Source: Eledone cirrhosa
Taxonomy: Eukaryota
Assembly (NCBI GenBank): GCA_964016885.1
Contig: OZ024745.1
Coordinates: forward strand, 19,716,001-19,780,000
Reading direction: 5' to 3'
Length of the DNA stretch: 64,000 nt
Positions 1-13,345 of this stretch are shown one piece after another. Position 1 is the stretch's first letter. The number at the start of each line of letters is the position of its first letter. The translations under genes and the position numbers were made by a program. The notes under the pieces were generated by a model. That model made no database searches and was not told the DNA's origin. It saw only the letters and a list, made by a program, of their open reading frames with translations.

Positions 1-12
1 TGGAGTAAAAAT

Positions 13-286
13 ACGATATTAACAAATGGAAACTATATTTATAAAACCATATTTATTTCATTATACATATTTCAAGGACACCAAGTTGGAAGCTCCCGGA
101 TACTATCCGGGAGCTTCCAACAGTAATGGTTGCATTCTTTTAAGGGTATGTCAATATTTATTTATAAAACTGCTCTATATTATATTTTATTTGAAGAAAG
201 CAAACCATAATTTAATTTGGTGTCCTTGAAATATGTATAATGAAATAAATATGGTTTTATAAATATAGTTTCCATTTGTTAATATC

Positions 287-288
<2 letters not shown>
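13..288. repeat. 72-bp inverted repeat enclosing an 18-bp-stem hairpin, ending at (TA)n
   Basis: 13-84 is the reverse complement of 217-288; 85-121 gttggaagctcccggata-c-tatccgggagcttccaac is a perfect hairpin. Confidence 0.9.
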
Positions 289-315
<27 letters not shown>

Positions 316-317
<2 letters not shown>

Positions 318-531
318 ATCATCATCATCATCATCATCATCAACGTTTAACGTCCGTGTTCCACGCTTGCATGGGTTTGGACGGGGGTTTTCCCACTTGA
401 GGCAAGAGTGATTATCTTGCTCGCATAGGACTGTCTGGCGGGTTTTCTACAGCTGGATGCCCTTCCTAACACCAACCACATTTACAGTGTGGGGCTGGGA
501 GGTTTTTACCGTGTTGCCTACACGGCCACAT
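316..531 (-). mobile_element. SINE-like non-autonomous element with RTE-type 3' tail and (GAT)n end
   Basis: Near-identical copy on + at 27034-27243; contains the ggtgttaggaagggcatccagc motif and the aacccatgcaagcgtggaa..ggacgttaaacg..(gat)n tail. Confidence 0.75.
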
Positions 532-714
532 TACAGCGTGGACTGTGTGTTTTTTTGTCGTGACACCTACACGATCTCAATTGTTTCGGCCTGGATGTTG
601 TGGCACCAACATAACTTTACATTGAAAGGGGCGGTGTGGATGGGGTGGGGTGGGTGGGACGGGGGTGTGTTTTGTTAGAGATGCCTACTGACTGTAGTAG
701 GTTTTACTTTGTAT

Positions 715-2656
715 TTAGGTAAGGCGGGTCTTCTCTATTACTGAGTACCGCCAAAGGTCTTGGTCCAGTGACATTGTCTTGGAGAGGTGTAAGCGTGTGA
801 GGTCGGAATTTATCAGGTCGTCCCAGGTTTTTCTGGGTCTGCCTACTCCGTGGCTACCGTCTATCTTTATTGCCCTGCACTTTGTTATACAGCTGTCGTC
901 TTTCATGCGCATCTCGTGACCATACCAACGTAGCCTTCTCTTGAGTAAACAACATCTGATCCCTCTTATTTCTAATTTTTTTCTTAGTTTGTTTATGCTT
1001 AGCCGTTCACGTATATTACTATTACACATCCAGCAGAGCATGCAAGCTTTGTTCCTCTCTAGTCTGCGTATATCCTCTGCACACAATGCCCAGGTCTCAC
1101 TGCCATGCAGCATTGCTGTTCGTATGCAGGCATCATATAACCTGCCTTTCATTTTTAGGGAGAACCCTTTAGCGGCTAATAGTGGTATAAGGTCTCTGAA
1201 CTTTTTCCATCCAGTTCTGACTCTAGCTACTGTACTTTCAGAGCACCCTCCCCCACTGCTGATTTTGTCACCCAGGTAACGGAAGCTGTCCACTATTTCT
1301 ATAGAACCCTCTGCGCAATTGAAAGAGCTAGTATTTTGTGGGCACTTGCTGCTACTTATTGCACCAGAGCACCGGCCACATGTAAAATCTATGTTCTTAG
1401 TTAGCTTACCTGTGATCCCACTACATCTTTTATGCACCCATACTTTGCATTTGGGACATAAAATGGAGTTTCTACCTACGCCTTTCCTACACACTGAACA
1501 TGGCCATTTCCCGGAAGGGACCGCCACCTTATTTTCTTTCCTACAAACTAGAACTTTAGTCTTAGCCAGGTTAATTTTAAGGCCTTTTGATTCTAGGCCG
1601 TGCTTCCATGTTTGGAATTTCTTCTCTAGCTCGGTCATTGATTCAGCTATGAGCGTTAGATCATCTGCATATAGGAGTTCCCATGGGTAGCCGGTCTTGA
1701 ACTCCTCTGTTATAGCCTGAAGGGCAATAATAAATAGTAGGGGGCTAAGGACGGAGCCCTGATGAACACCAACTTTTACGCTAAACTCTTCACTATATTC
1801 GTTGTTAATTCTAACCTTGCTGACTGTTTCTTTATACATGGCTTGTATAGCTCTCACAAGCCATTCGTCAACACCTAGTTTTCTAAGAGCCCACCAGATA
1901 ATGGAACGGGGGACTCTGTCGAAGGCTTTCTCCAAGTCAACAAAAGCTAAGTATAGGGGTTTACTTTTAGCTAGGTACTTCTCCTGTAGTTGTCGTACAA
2001 TGAAAAGAGCGTCTGTGGTACTTTTGCCTGACACAAACCCGAACTGCATTTCATCTAGATCAATTCTCTCTCTGATTAGTTGCGCTATTACTTTTTCCGT
2101 GACCTTCATGACCTGGTCGATTAATTTAATGCCTCTATAGTTACACCTATCTAGGGCATCTCCTTTACCCTTGTAACAGTTAACGATGATGCTGCTATGC
2201 CAGTCCTTTGGAACAACCCCATTCTGTATGACTTGGTTTACTATCCGGGTGACCATGGTGTGTCCCACCGTTCCAGAGGCTTTCAGCATCTCAGCAACTA
2301 TTTCCGAAGGCCCAGCCGCCTTACCCATCTTCATATCTTTGATTGCCTTACTTATTATACTACCTTCGACTAACACTGCTGGTCCCTCTATTGGGTCGAT
2401 GTAGGGGAGACTGTCTTTCTCCCATTTGTTCTCCTCATTTAGAAGCCTTTCGTAGTGACACTTCCAAGCTACCTTCTTATCAGCGTCAGTGATGGCAAGT
2501 ACGCCATCATCATTAAGTACACACTTCTCCCCGACAATATCACGGTTTTCCTTGACACATTGCCTAGCAATCCTGAACACCTCACGTTTTTGGTCCTCAC
2601 GTTGTAGAACATGCTTGAACTTTCTTTCCTCTGCTTCCCTTCTTGCGAAGTACACT

Positions 2657-2657
<1 letters not shown>
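715..2657 (-). mobile_element. 5'-truncated RTE-clade LINE: reverse transcriptase with inserted PHD-type finger
   Basis: Open frame with [40 protein letters not shown] and a C4-H-C3 insert. The true 5' edge abuts (TA)n at about 2658; the N-terminus in the ORF track is microsatellite read-through. Confidence 0.95.
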
Positions 2658-2729
<72 letters not shown>

Positions 2730-2776
2730 ATATGTATGTATGTGTGTATGTATAAATGTATGTATATATATATATA

Positions 2777-2876
2777 CAGGGTGTCTCCAAAAATGTATAC
2801 ACACTTTGATTACCTGTACTGGCAATATTTATTAGAATGCTGTTGAAGTATTGATACATTTTTGGGGGACACCCTG
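2777..2876. mobile_element. Tc1/mariner-type MITE
   Basis: TIRs cagggtgtc...gacaccctg flanked by TA; related inverted copy at about 58237-58333. Confidence 0.8.
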
Positions 2877-3068
2877 TATATGTATGTATGCATTTCTTCC
2901 TTTGATATATATAAGAACTACATGACAATATGAACATCAACACTTGGAGACAATTAAACCTTTTACAACTGCTTCTACATAAGGTCATTGTCTGTCAACT
3001 GAGTTAATGAGTTCATCTCTCTCTCTCTCCTTCTCTCTCTCTCTCCTTCTCTCTCCTTCTCCCCCCCC

Positions 3069-3147
<79 letters not shown>

Positions 3148-3260
3148 TGATAGCGGGGGGTGAGGGGGAATGTATGTTAAACGATGATGATCTATATATA
3201 TAAATATAAATATGTATATAAATATGTATATATATATATATGTGTGTGTGTGTTTGTGTG

Positions 3261-3330
<70 letters not shown>

Positions 3331-3489
3331 CACACATACTGTATATATATATACATGCATCTTTATCTGTCATCTCTCACTCTCTCGCTGGCTAATAAAG
3401 AAGAGAAATGGATGGGTAGAGTGGAAGAAACACTTTAATGGCTTACCTCGGACAAGATACCAATCTTCAGAATTATGACAACAACAATA

Positions 3490-3612
3490 GTACTAATAAT
3501 TGTTTCTACTATTGGCACAAGGCCAGCAATACCCAGTACATTACTGGTACTTTATTTTATCGACCCTGTAAGGATGAAAGGCAAAGTTAACCTCGGCGGG
3601 ATTTGAACTCAG
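3490..3612 (-). mobile_element. Partial Meta-domain-type SINE
   Basis: Reverse complement of gagttcaaatcccgccgagg..ctttgcctttcatccttac..ggtcgataaaataaagtaccag; matches the copies at 28612-29083. Confidence 0.7.
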
Positions 3613-3814
3613 GACAATAGTACTAATAATAATCACCATACCATTTGTATTTGTTAGGTGCCAGTAGTTGGTCCCTATATTGTAACATTCCTTTGTGTGT
3701 CTTATCTGAGTACTGTACCATGTTATTGTCATATCCAGTATTATTGTCACATTTAACTTAACTCAGAAATTTACCTTGATTTACTTCTACAATAACTACA
3801 GTAAATACTAACTA

Positions 3815-4893
3815 CTATACAACTCTACAACTCTACAACTATACAACTCTACAACTATACAACTCTACAACTATACAACTCTACAACTCTACAACTCTAC
3901 AACTCTACAGTTAGACAATTATACAACTCTACAACTCTACAACTCTACAACTATACCGCTCCACAGTTCTACAACTCTACAACTCAACAACTATACAACT
4001 CTACAACTCTACAACTCTACAACTCTACAACTCTACAGCTCTACAACTATACAACTCTACAACTATACAACTCTACAACTCTACAACTCTACAGCTCTAC
4101 AACTATACAACTCTACAACTATACAACTCTACAACTATACAACTCTACAACTCTACAGCTCTACAACTATACAACTCTACAACTATACAACTCTACAGCT
4201 CTACAACTATAAAACTCTACAACTATTCAACTCTACAACTCTACAACTCTACAACTCTACAACTCTACAACTCTACAACTCTACAACTATACAACTCTAC
4301 AACTATACAACTCTACAGCTCTACAACTATAAAACTCTACAACTATTCAACTCTACAACTCTACAACTATACAACTCTACAACTATACAACTCTACAACT
4401 CTACAACTCTACAACTATACAACTATACAACTATACAACTCTACAACTATACAACTCTACAACTCTACAGCTCTACAACTATAAAACTCTACAACTATTC
4501 AACTCTACAACTCTACAACTATACAACTATACAACTCTACAACTCTACAACTCTACAACTATACAACTCTACAACTCTACAACTATACAACTCTACAACT
4601 CTACAACTATACAACTCTACAACTCTACAACTCTACAACTCTACAGCTCTACAACTATACAACTCTACAACTCTACAACTCTACAACTATACAACTCTAC
4701 AACTATACAACTCTACAGCTCTACAACTATTCAACTCTACAACTCTACAACTCTACAACTCTACAACTCTACAACTCTACAACTCTACAACTCTACAACT
4801 ATACAACTCTACAACTCTACAACTATACAACTCTACAACTCTACAGCTCTACAACTATAAAACTATACAACTATACAACTATACAACTATACA
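3815..4893. repeat. 8-bp satellite (CTCTACAA/CTATACAA)n
   Basis: About 135 tandem octamers with interspersed variants. Confidence 0.95.
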
Positions 4894-4977
4894 TCTTCAT
4901 ATCACAGTAGTTCTGTTAATTGAATAACAGCAATACGCATTGGTGAAATAATCACCAGCTATATTTATATGTCTGTA

Positions 4978-5010
<33 letters not shown>

Positions 5011-5215
5011 TATCATCACCATCACCCATCATCATCATTATTATCATTGTCATCAGCATCACCATCAACATCACCACCATCATCACCATCATCACCATTA
5101 TTATCATCACCATTATCACCATCACCATCATTAATCGTTGTTACTGTTGAACATCTATTTTCCATGCTTGCATGGATTAGACAGATTTCTACTGATGTAT
5201 CATATATATATGATA

Positions 5216-5400
5216 TGAGGGTCAGCTGAAAAGTTCATAGTCTGACCAAGATACTCTCATGGAATGACCAAATGAGGTTTATTTTTTAACATAGTCCCTG
5301 GAAAGAAGCAATGTAGTCATTAATAAGAAGAGTTAAAATTGATGCATGCTAGATTTCGCAGCACTAGCATCACTCCTATGAATATTTCAGCCAACCCTCA
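5216..5400. mobile_element. mariner-derived MITE
   Basis: TIRs tgagggtcagctgaaaagttcatag / ctatgaatatttcagccaaccctca with TA flanks; relatives at 60826-61020 and from 62416. Confidence 0.8.
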
Positions 5401-5608
5401 TATATCTATATATTATATGAATGTGATAAATAAAAACTAGGATTTCTATTGTTATGTTCCCCACAGTCTTTTATTTGTTTTCAGTCTTTGTGTTGCATTC
5501 TTAAGCAAGTCATTCAGCTCTACTTGCTCCAGTCAGGCTCAACAAAAAAAGTTACATATTTAATTCATGGTTGAGAGATTTGTAGAATGAAAAGCATCCA
5601 GCTGTTAA

Positions 5609-5829
5609 CCCTTTAGCATTTAAACTGACCATATCCGGCCAGAATTCTCTCACCTTTTTCTGTTCAAACCAGCTGTAACTGGCTGCTCATACTTATGTTA
5701 AGGTATTGTTCTCAAAATAAATAATATCAAGATCTTGTAGATTCGATATTATCTGAGATAATTATGTGAAATAAAGTGTTTTCCATGAAAATACAATAGT
5801 TAATGTAGAGTAATGTAAATGCTAAAGGG
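5609..5829. mobile_element. piggyBac-type MITE
   Basis: TTAA|ccctttagcattta ... aaatgctaaaggg|TTAA; further copies at 32830, 33441, 34190 and 39390. Confidence 0.85.
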
Positions 5830-6074
5830 TTAAACAACTGTTCTAAGATAAGGTGGTGGGGTGGTGGTTGGGGTGGAGATCACTTTTTAATCACTCCTCT
5901 TGGTACTGTCATTTTGTCTATGAAGCTTATTAATTATTCTGAATTAATTATGACTTGATTAATTCCTAACCATTTAATTGCCTTCATTTTAAAAAGAAAT
6001 ATGTATGTATGTATGTGTGTGTTTATGTGTGTGTATATATGTATGTATGTATGTATGTGTACATATGTATGCAT

Positions 6075-9000
6075 GTTAGAAGAATTCCCAGTAGGGATTA
6101 GTGAGCGTCTTATGTCCATGAGAGTTCCGCTGGACAAAGGAAGATATGCGACCTTGGTGAGTGTGTATGCTCCAACTATGAATTCTGTCGATGAAGAAAA
6201 AGTGTCCTTTTACCATGCCTTGAAAGGTGTTTTAAGAAATATCCCTCAGGCAGACAAAGTCATCGTGCTTGGTGACTTTAATGCTAGAGTGGGTAGGGAT
6301 TTTAACACATGGAATGTAATCGGAAGGCATGGGGTGGGAAAGTGTAACAACAATGGTATGCTCCTGCTGCAGATGTGTGAGGAGCTGGATCTGTGTGTTA
6401 CCAACACCATGTTCCAACAAAAGAACAAATTCAAGACCACATGGATGCATCCTGCATCTAAGGAATGGCATCTTTTGGACTACGTCCTAGTCAGGATGCA
6501 TGACAGACAGGATGTGCAGTGTGTTCGTGCTCTTCGTGGAGCTGAGTGCTGGACGGACCACCACCTGGTACGCGCAAAAGTGAAACTAATCACTAAACGT
6601 AAAATCCAGGCTCCTGGTGTTGCCCTGCCCAAAAGATTGAATGCTGCTCGTCTTAAGGATAAAAATGTGAAGAGAACATTGGAAGAAGAGATGCAGGCTG
6701 CAGATCTTGGTGAGGATTGGCCGACCCTTAAAAAGTCGGTTTATGATGTAGGCAGGCATGTTCTGGGATTGGTGCAGAGAAAACCTCAGGACTGGTTTAA
6801 TGAGAATGATGTACATATAGAAGACTTGTTGGCTGATAAGAGGCGTGCTCTGTCACGCTACTTGATGGCAAAACCACAGGAGAGGAATACGTTGCATGAG
6901 GAACTCAAGGATGTAAAATCACGTGTTAGACGGAGTCTTTCTCAGATGAAGGATCAGTGGTGGAGTGAGAAGGCTGGTGAGATACAAACTGTGTCAGATT
7001 CCAATAACACAAAGCTGTTGTACAGTCTCTTGTGTGAGGTTTATGGACCGTCTTCTTCTCTGGTGACACCGCTTCGCAGCAAGGATGGCAAAGAACTTCT
7101 TCGTGACTCACAAGGAATTCTACGAAGGTGGTGAGAGCACTTTGATGATCTTTTGAATCAGCCGTCTGTCGTCAGTGAAGATTTCCTCAATCTCATTCCA
7201 GAAAGTCCTGTGAAAGTAGCTCTCACAGAACCTCCGACGCTTGTGGAGGTTGCAGTGGCTATTTCGAAGCTGAACAGTGGAAGATCTCCAGGTATGGATG
7301 GCATACTTGCTGAGCTCCTACAATATGGTGGTGAGAGACTCCTGCAACATCTTCACTCTTTGTTTGGCAGGATATGGGCTAATGAATCCGTACCTGAGGA
7401 CTGGAGAGATGCAGCAATGGTGGTCTTGTACAAGGAAAAGGGTAACAGGAATGATTGTGGGAACTACAGAGGTATATCATTGCTTTCTGTTGTAGGAAAA
7501 GTTTTATGTAGGGTGCTTCTGGACCGTCTGCTGACACACATTGCAGATTGTGTTCTTCCTGAAAGTCAATCTGGTTTTCGTGCTAGACGCGGCACTACTG
7601 ATATGATCTTCTCAGCTAGACAGCTCCAGGAGAAGTGCATGGAACAAGGCTTGGATCTGTATCAGGTTTTTGTCGATCTGACAAAAGCTTTCGATACTGT
7701 TAACAGAGATGCATTATGGAAGGTTCTCCAGAAACTTGGTTGCCCTGATAAGTTCCTTGCTTTAGTTAGGTCTTTCCATGACAACATGAAGGCTTGGGTT
7801 AATGTCGGAGGTAACATGTCGGAGCCTATCTCAGTAAAAAATGGAGTGAAACAGGGGGATATTCCAGCACCGACCCTGTTTGCCATATACTTTGCAATGG
7901 TTTTCTGTATTGCATTCAGGAATTGCGAGCATGGTGTTTACATCCGATATCGAACCTCAGGCAGCATATTTAACATCAGGCGCTTTGCTGCAAAGACAAA
8001 AGTATTTACATCAATCATAAGAGACCTCTTGTATGCAGATGATTGCGATCTTGTAGCGCACACAGAGAGTGATATGCAGCACATTTTAAATGCATTTTCT
8101 GATGCTTGCACTGCCCTAGGATTGACTGTCAGTCTCAAGAAAACCGTCGTCATGTACCAACCTGCCCCTGGTAAGCAGTACACTGAACCAAATATCTATG
8201 TGTATGGTAAACGACTTGGAGTGGTTGATTAGTTTGTCTACCTGGGAAGCACTGTCAAATCGATACAGCAACCATGACAGTGAAATCTCACTTAGGATTA
8301 GGAAAGCAAGTGATGCTTTCGGAAAGCTAGAAAGGCGACTCTGGGGTCGGCAAGACATATGCAGGAGGACAAAGGTAAAGGTGTACAAGGCATGTGTGCT
8401 CTCTTGTCTTCTTTATGCCTGCGAGACCTGGGTCACATATCGACACCACCTTAAGCAATTGGAGCGTTTCCATCAGATGTGTCTCAGACGGATCCATGGC
8501 GTTCGCTGGAGGGACCACATCAGTGATGTCGAGATTTTGGAAAGCTCTATGTGTGACAGTATAGAAGCTCTTGTGTTTAAGCAACGACTCCGTTGGAGTG
8601 GTCACCTTGCCAGGATGAGGGATTCTAGAATACCAAAACAACTCTTTTATGGAGAGTTGGTTAAAGGAAAACGACCGCCACATAAACCAAAAAAGAGGTA
8701 TAAGAATTCCTTAAAAGCCTCTCTGAAAGACGCTAACATCTCTGCTGATACATGGGAAAATATTGCTGCTGATCGTAATAAATGGAGAAAGACTGTATAT
8801 GAGGGAAAAGTTGCCTTTGAGGCATCTCGAATCGCATACGAGAAAGTAAAGCGGGATGTGAGGAAGGGCATTGCTGTTGCACTTCCAGACGGCGAGGGTC
8901 CTCCTATGGTGCTGACATGCAGCGTCTGTGCGAGACTCTGCCTAAGCAAAGCTGGACTCGAAAGTCATCTTCGCAGTCATAAAGTAAGACCAGTGGTTGA

Positions 9001-9530
9001 CTACCAGGCTGCTGTTGGAGATGCTACTCATCATGCTTGCCAAACATGTGGTAGAGAATGTAAATCAGCAGGAGGGCTCAAGCGACATGCAAAAGTACAT
9101 GAACTCCAACCACAGCCGACTATTCCCAGTGAATGTTTTGGTTGCCGACTCTGTGCAAGACATTTTAGATCATTGGCTGGGCTAAAAAGCCACATTCGAT
9201 CGCAGCACTGTTAGTTGCTATTGTGTGTGTGTGTATAGATAAGTTTATGTGTGTGCATGTGTGTGTATATATATATGTATATGTATATTATTATTGTTGT
9301 TGTCGTTATTATTATTGTTGTTATTATTATTATTATTATTGTTATTAATGTATATGTGTGTGTGTATATATATGTGTGTGTATATATGTATATGTATGTG
9401 TGTATATATATATATATATTTCTTTTTTTTAATTTTATTTTATTTTTATTTATTTATTAATTATTATTATTATTATTTTTTTTTTCCTTGTGCAATGGCC
9501 ATACTCGATAACAAGGGGGCAGCCATCATA
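6075..9530 (+). mobile_element. RTE/BovB-like LINE (APE endonuclease, RT, three C-terminal C2H2 fingers), disrupted
   Basis: VYAPT, GDFNARVG, LLDYVL, TDHHLV, then FVDLTKAFDTV, GVKQG, LLYADD; stop at 7132, stop plus frameshift near 8230; ORF ends at 9214; 3' tail at 9489-9530 after a microsatellite. Confidence 0.93.
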
Positions 9531-10328
9531 TGTATGCATGTATGTGCGTGTATGTATATATGTATGTATGTATGTATGTGTGTGTATGTATATGTGTTTA
9601 TGTATGTGTGTATATGTATGCATGTATGTGTGTATGTGTGTGTGTGTATCTATGTATGTATGTATGCATGTATGTATGTGTGTGTATGTATATATGTATG
9701 TATGTATGTGTGTGTATCTATGTATGTATGTGTGTGTGTATCTATGTGTGTATGTATGTATGTGTATGTATGTGTGTGTATATATGTATGTATGTATGTG
9801 TGTATCTATATATGTATGTGTGTATGTATGTGTGTGTATGTATGTGTGTGTATCTATGTATGTATGTATGTGTGTATGTATATGTGTGTATGTATGTGTG
9901 TGTATCTATGTATGTATGTGTGTGTGTATGTATGTGTGTATGTATGTGTGTTTATCTATGTATGTGTGTATGTGTGTGTATGTATGTGTGTGTATCTATA
10001 TATGTATGTATGTATGTGTGTGTATCTATGTATGTATGTGTGTGTGTGTGTATCTATGTGTGTGTATGTATGTGTGTGTATCTATATATGTATGTATGTG
10101 TGTGTGTGTATCTATGTATGTATGTATGTATGTATGTATGTATGTGTGTATGTATGTGTGTATCTATGTATGTATGTATGTATGTGTGTATGTGTGTATC
10201 TATGTATGTATGTATGTATGTGTGTATGTGTGTATCTATGTATGTATGTATGTATGTATGTGTGTATGTGTGTATCTATGTATGTATGTATGTGTGTATG
10301 TATGTGTGTATCTATGTATGTATGTATG
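9530..10328. repeat. (TG/TGTA/TCTA) compound microsatellite
   Basis: Direct inspection. Confidence 0.95.
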
Positions 10329-10863
10329 GACCCATAACTCCTAAGAGAGCCGTAGGGGCACCATAGTGACATACAACATTTGTAGGGCATCTTTAAACCT
10401 GGTGGAGCCTATCTCTTTTCCAGGTGAGATTTCTACAACTATAGCAACTCTAGAGGCATAAAACTGATGGACAAAGTAATGTGGCAGAAAGAGTTATTGA
10501 ACTTGAGTAATTTGAGATTGGCTCTCACCACTACCCCTCAGCACAGGTCTTCCTTCATTTGCTGCAGCTTCCTTCCACTGGGATTTCATGACAATCGTCA
10601 TCCATATGTATCCTATGTCTATAGCAACACAGTCTTCTCTCTTGCACACTACACCTGATTCTCCTTATACCTGCTTTTTTCTCTCAACTCATCCATTCTT
10701 TGCTAGTATTGCACATCCATTGAAGCAGGATCAATTCACTTCTCTCTCTCCTTTGCAAAAGAACAGCCATATATTGATGATAATGGTGATGATGGTATAA
10801 ATGTTTTTAATTAAACATACGGTATATTGCCAAATATACTATATATACATTCATGTATACATC

Positions 10864-10925
10864 GCTATTTCAGAGCACCATTCCTAATATATATATATAT
10901 ATTAGGATTGGTGCGCTGAAATAGC
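10864..10925. repeat. Palindrome centred on (AT)n
   Basis: gctatttcagagcaccattcctaat-(at)n-attaggattggtgcgctgaaatagc, 2 mismatches. Confidence 0.85.
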
Positions 10926-11146
10926 ACCAATAATGCACCAGAGTACTCAATACTTTGGGTAGTAGAGTGGGTAATAGGAAAATGTTCAAGACCCCGACGG
11001 CAGAGCTCAAGCCGTTTCGACGGCTATTTCTGGACTAACTCAAGCCTTTTCAGACCCGTGAGAGCTAGTGAAAATATATGCTATTTTCAAAAATACACAG
11101 TGACTGATCAGTCAGATCTGCATATTAGCTCTGCCAGTTTGGCAGG

Positions 11147-11210
11147 TGAACAGTGAGCTGTACTGATGAAGGGTGATACCCAGAAACATTAGTGTCTGCA
11201 GTTCTGTTCA
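11147..11210 (+). ncRNA. Type-I hammerhead ribozyme, canonical core
   Basis: ctgta-CTGATGA-a-gggt(gat)accc-a-GAAAC-attagt-GTC-tgcag; stem I extends through tgaacag/ctgttca. Confidence 0.85.
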
Positions 11211-11476
11211 CATGCCAACACAAGAGCAAGAATGAAGGGTTCATTCTACTGACGTGGCTAAAAAATTGAGGCTTGTTTGCGCAATTGCAAACGAATCGAA
11301 TGTTATTATAAATATTCGAAAAACTCAGATTACATTTATTATATATATATATATATATATATATATCCATCTTCCATACATCTCCCATGACCTGATGCTC
11401 CACCCATGTCCTAATACCCACCCTTCACCAGATAAGTGCCCCACCCTAGATCTACCTCTCCAAGAAGCAGCTAGTC

Positions 11477-11645
11477 CACACTGTAAGTGTAGTTGGCATT
11501 AGGAAGAGCATCCAGCCATAGAAACATACCAAAAAACTGTTCTGTATGAGCAGGACATGGTCATCTGGTCTGGCTTGTCTCACAATAGGACAACTCATCT
11601 AACCCATGCTAGCATGGAAAAATGGCCATTAAATGATGATGATGA
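11477..11645 (+). mobile_element. SINE-like RTE-tailed element
   Basis: gttggcattaggaagagcatccagc...aacccatgctagcatggaaaa..(gat)n. Confidence 0.65.
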
Positions 11646-12690
11646 TATATATGTGTGTACATATATATCATATGTACACATATATATATATTACTTCTTT
11701 GGGTCATAGTATATATCTGTTTACAATTATATGTGTGTGTATGTATGTGTGTATGTATGTATATATGTATGTATATATGTATGTGTATATGTATGTATGC
11801 ATGTATGTATATATGTACGTATGTACATATATACATACTGGTAACATGTATCCCAGTACAACCTGTCTTATGGCCGGGTCGTTCGCGACTAAACTGGCAA
11901 CCCCACCAAGGTTTCTTGGTGAGGAGGGTGACTTTGGACATCCTGCAGGACTAAAAACAAAATCTGTCAAAGGGCAAAGGAGCTCTTAAGAGTCAATGGT
12001 CATCCAAAATCACCGGGAGAGATGACCCCTTAGCCTTTGTCAAGGCAGAATTCTAGGAGAAGGAAAACTCTGATATAACACCTGCAACTCTGATGGTATC
12101 CAATGATGTTGACTTGTTCTTCTTTTTGGTAAATATCATCTTGGTTAAGAGAGTGGGACTGGCTTTGTGCAGTGCCTTTGTTCACTATAAAAGCTTCACG
12201 GCACAGGCATTGCTTTATATCTGGAGATCTCTCTACACTTGTCATCACATGGTACCATGGGCCCAGCACTATGTGTCAATAATTGTCACAAGTGTAATGT
12301 AAATAACATTAACTTTTCTTCCACATTGACTTTTTACGTTCCACATTATGCACGTTTTTTTTTCCTTTTTCTTTTTTCTTTTCACTTCTTAAACCTTGTT
12401 TGTAAATAACATACTTTCCTCACCTGTTTAACATGTGCGACACCACACTAATACATTTCACTATCATTTGATAATGCATATAAATGCAGAAACCGGTAAT
12501 AGACAATAATTAAATATATAAATAGATAAATAAATGCCATTGTTAAATAATAAATAAATCAACTAATACCTTAACACTTCACACAAAGTAAAACATTTCG
12601 TTTTAATCATTTTCTAACCCAGAAAAAAGAGTGAGAGGGACAAAATAAGGAAAAAAAATTTTTCTTCCTCATAATCGTCTCTTTCTCCGT

Positions 12691-12876
<186 letters not shown>

Positions 12877-13295
12877 CACATATATATATATAAGGTAATG
12901 AATTCTTTTACAATGGAATTAGCTCGAAGGAGGAAAATACCCCCTGAGCCGTGTATAAACTAATATGTATGTGATGAAACACAGATACCAACACATCTGT
13001 ATATATATTGCAAAAGAAAAATTTAGCCAGATTGAAGTATACTAATTATTATACTACAGTTTGTCCATATCGATTTAAAATAATAAATCAACAAAGACGA
13101 ACTGTATTGCCAAGAGGCTATGATGTTTAGACACATTTAAATTTCAAAATCAAACCTGTTCCGTAGATAAGTTTAAACTTTAAAATCCAATATATATATA
13201 TATACACATTCCTATACGAGCAAGACAGCCAATCTTGCCTCAAGTGGGAAAATTCCCATCCAAACCCATGCTAGCGTGGAAGATGGCCGTTAAAC

Positions 13296-13334
<39 letters not shown>

Positions 13335-13345
13335 ATATATATGTA

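Noticed and set aside
9249-10366. Long ORFs rich in YIYI, CVCM, HTIP or VVVM (also near 23930 and 63469, and many others)
   Set aside because: They are translations of simple repeats.
10990-11060. Minus-strand CTGAAAA..GAAAC-ggc..gcc-GTC as a full HHR
   Set aside because: C3-A8 mismatch and stem I does not pair; only the 3' half is credible.
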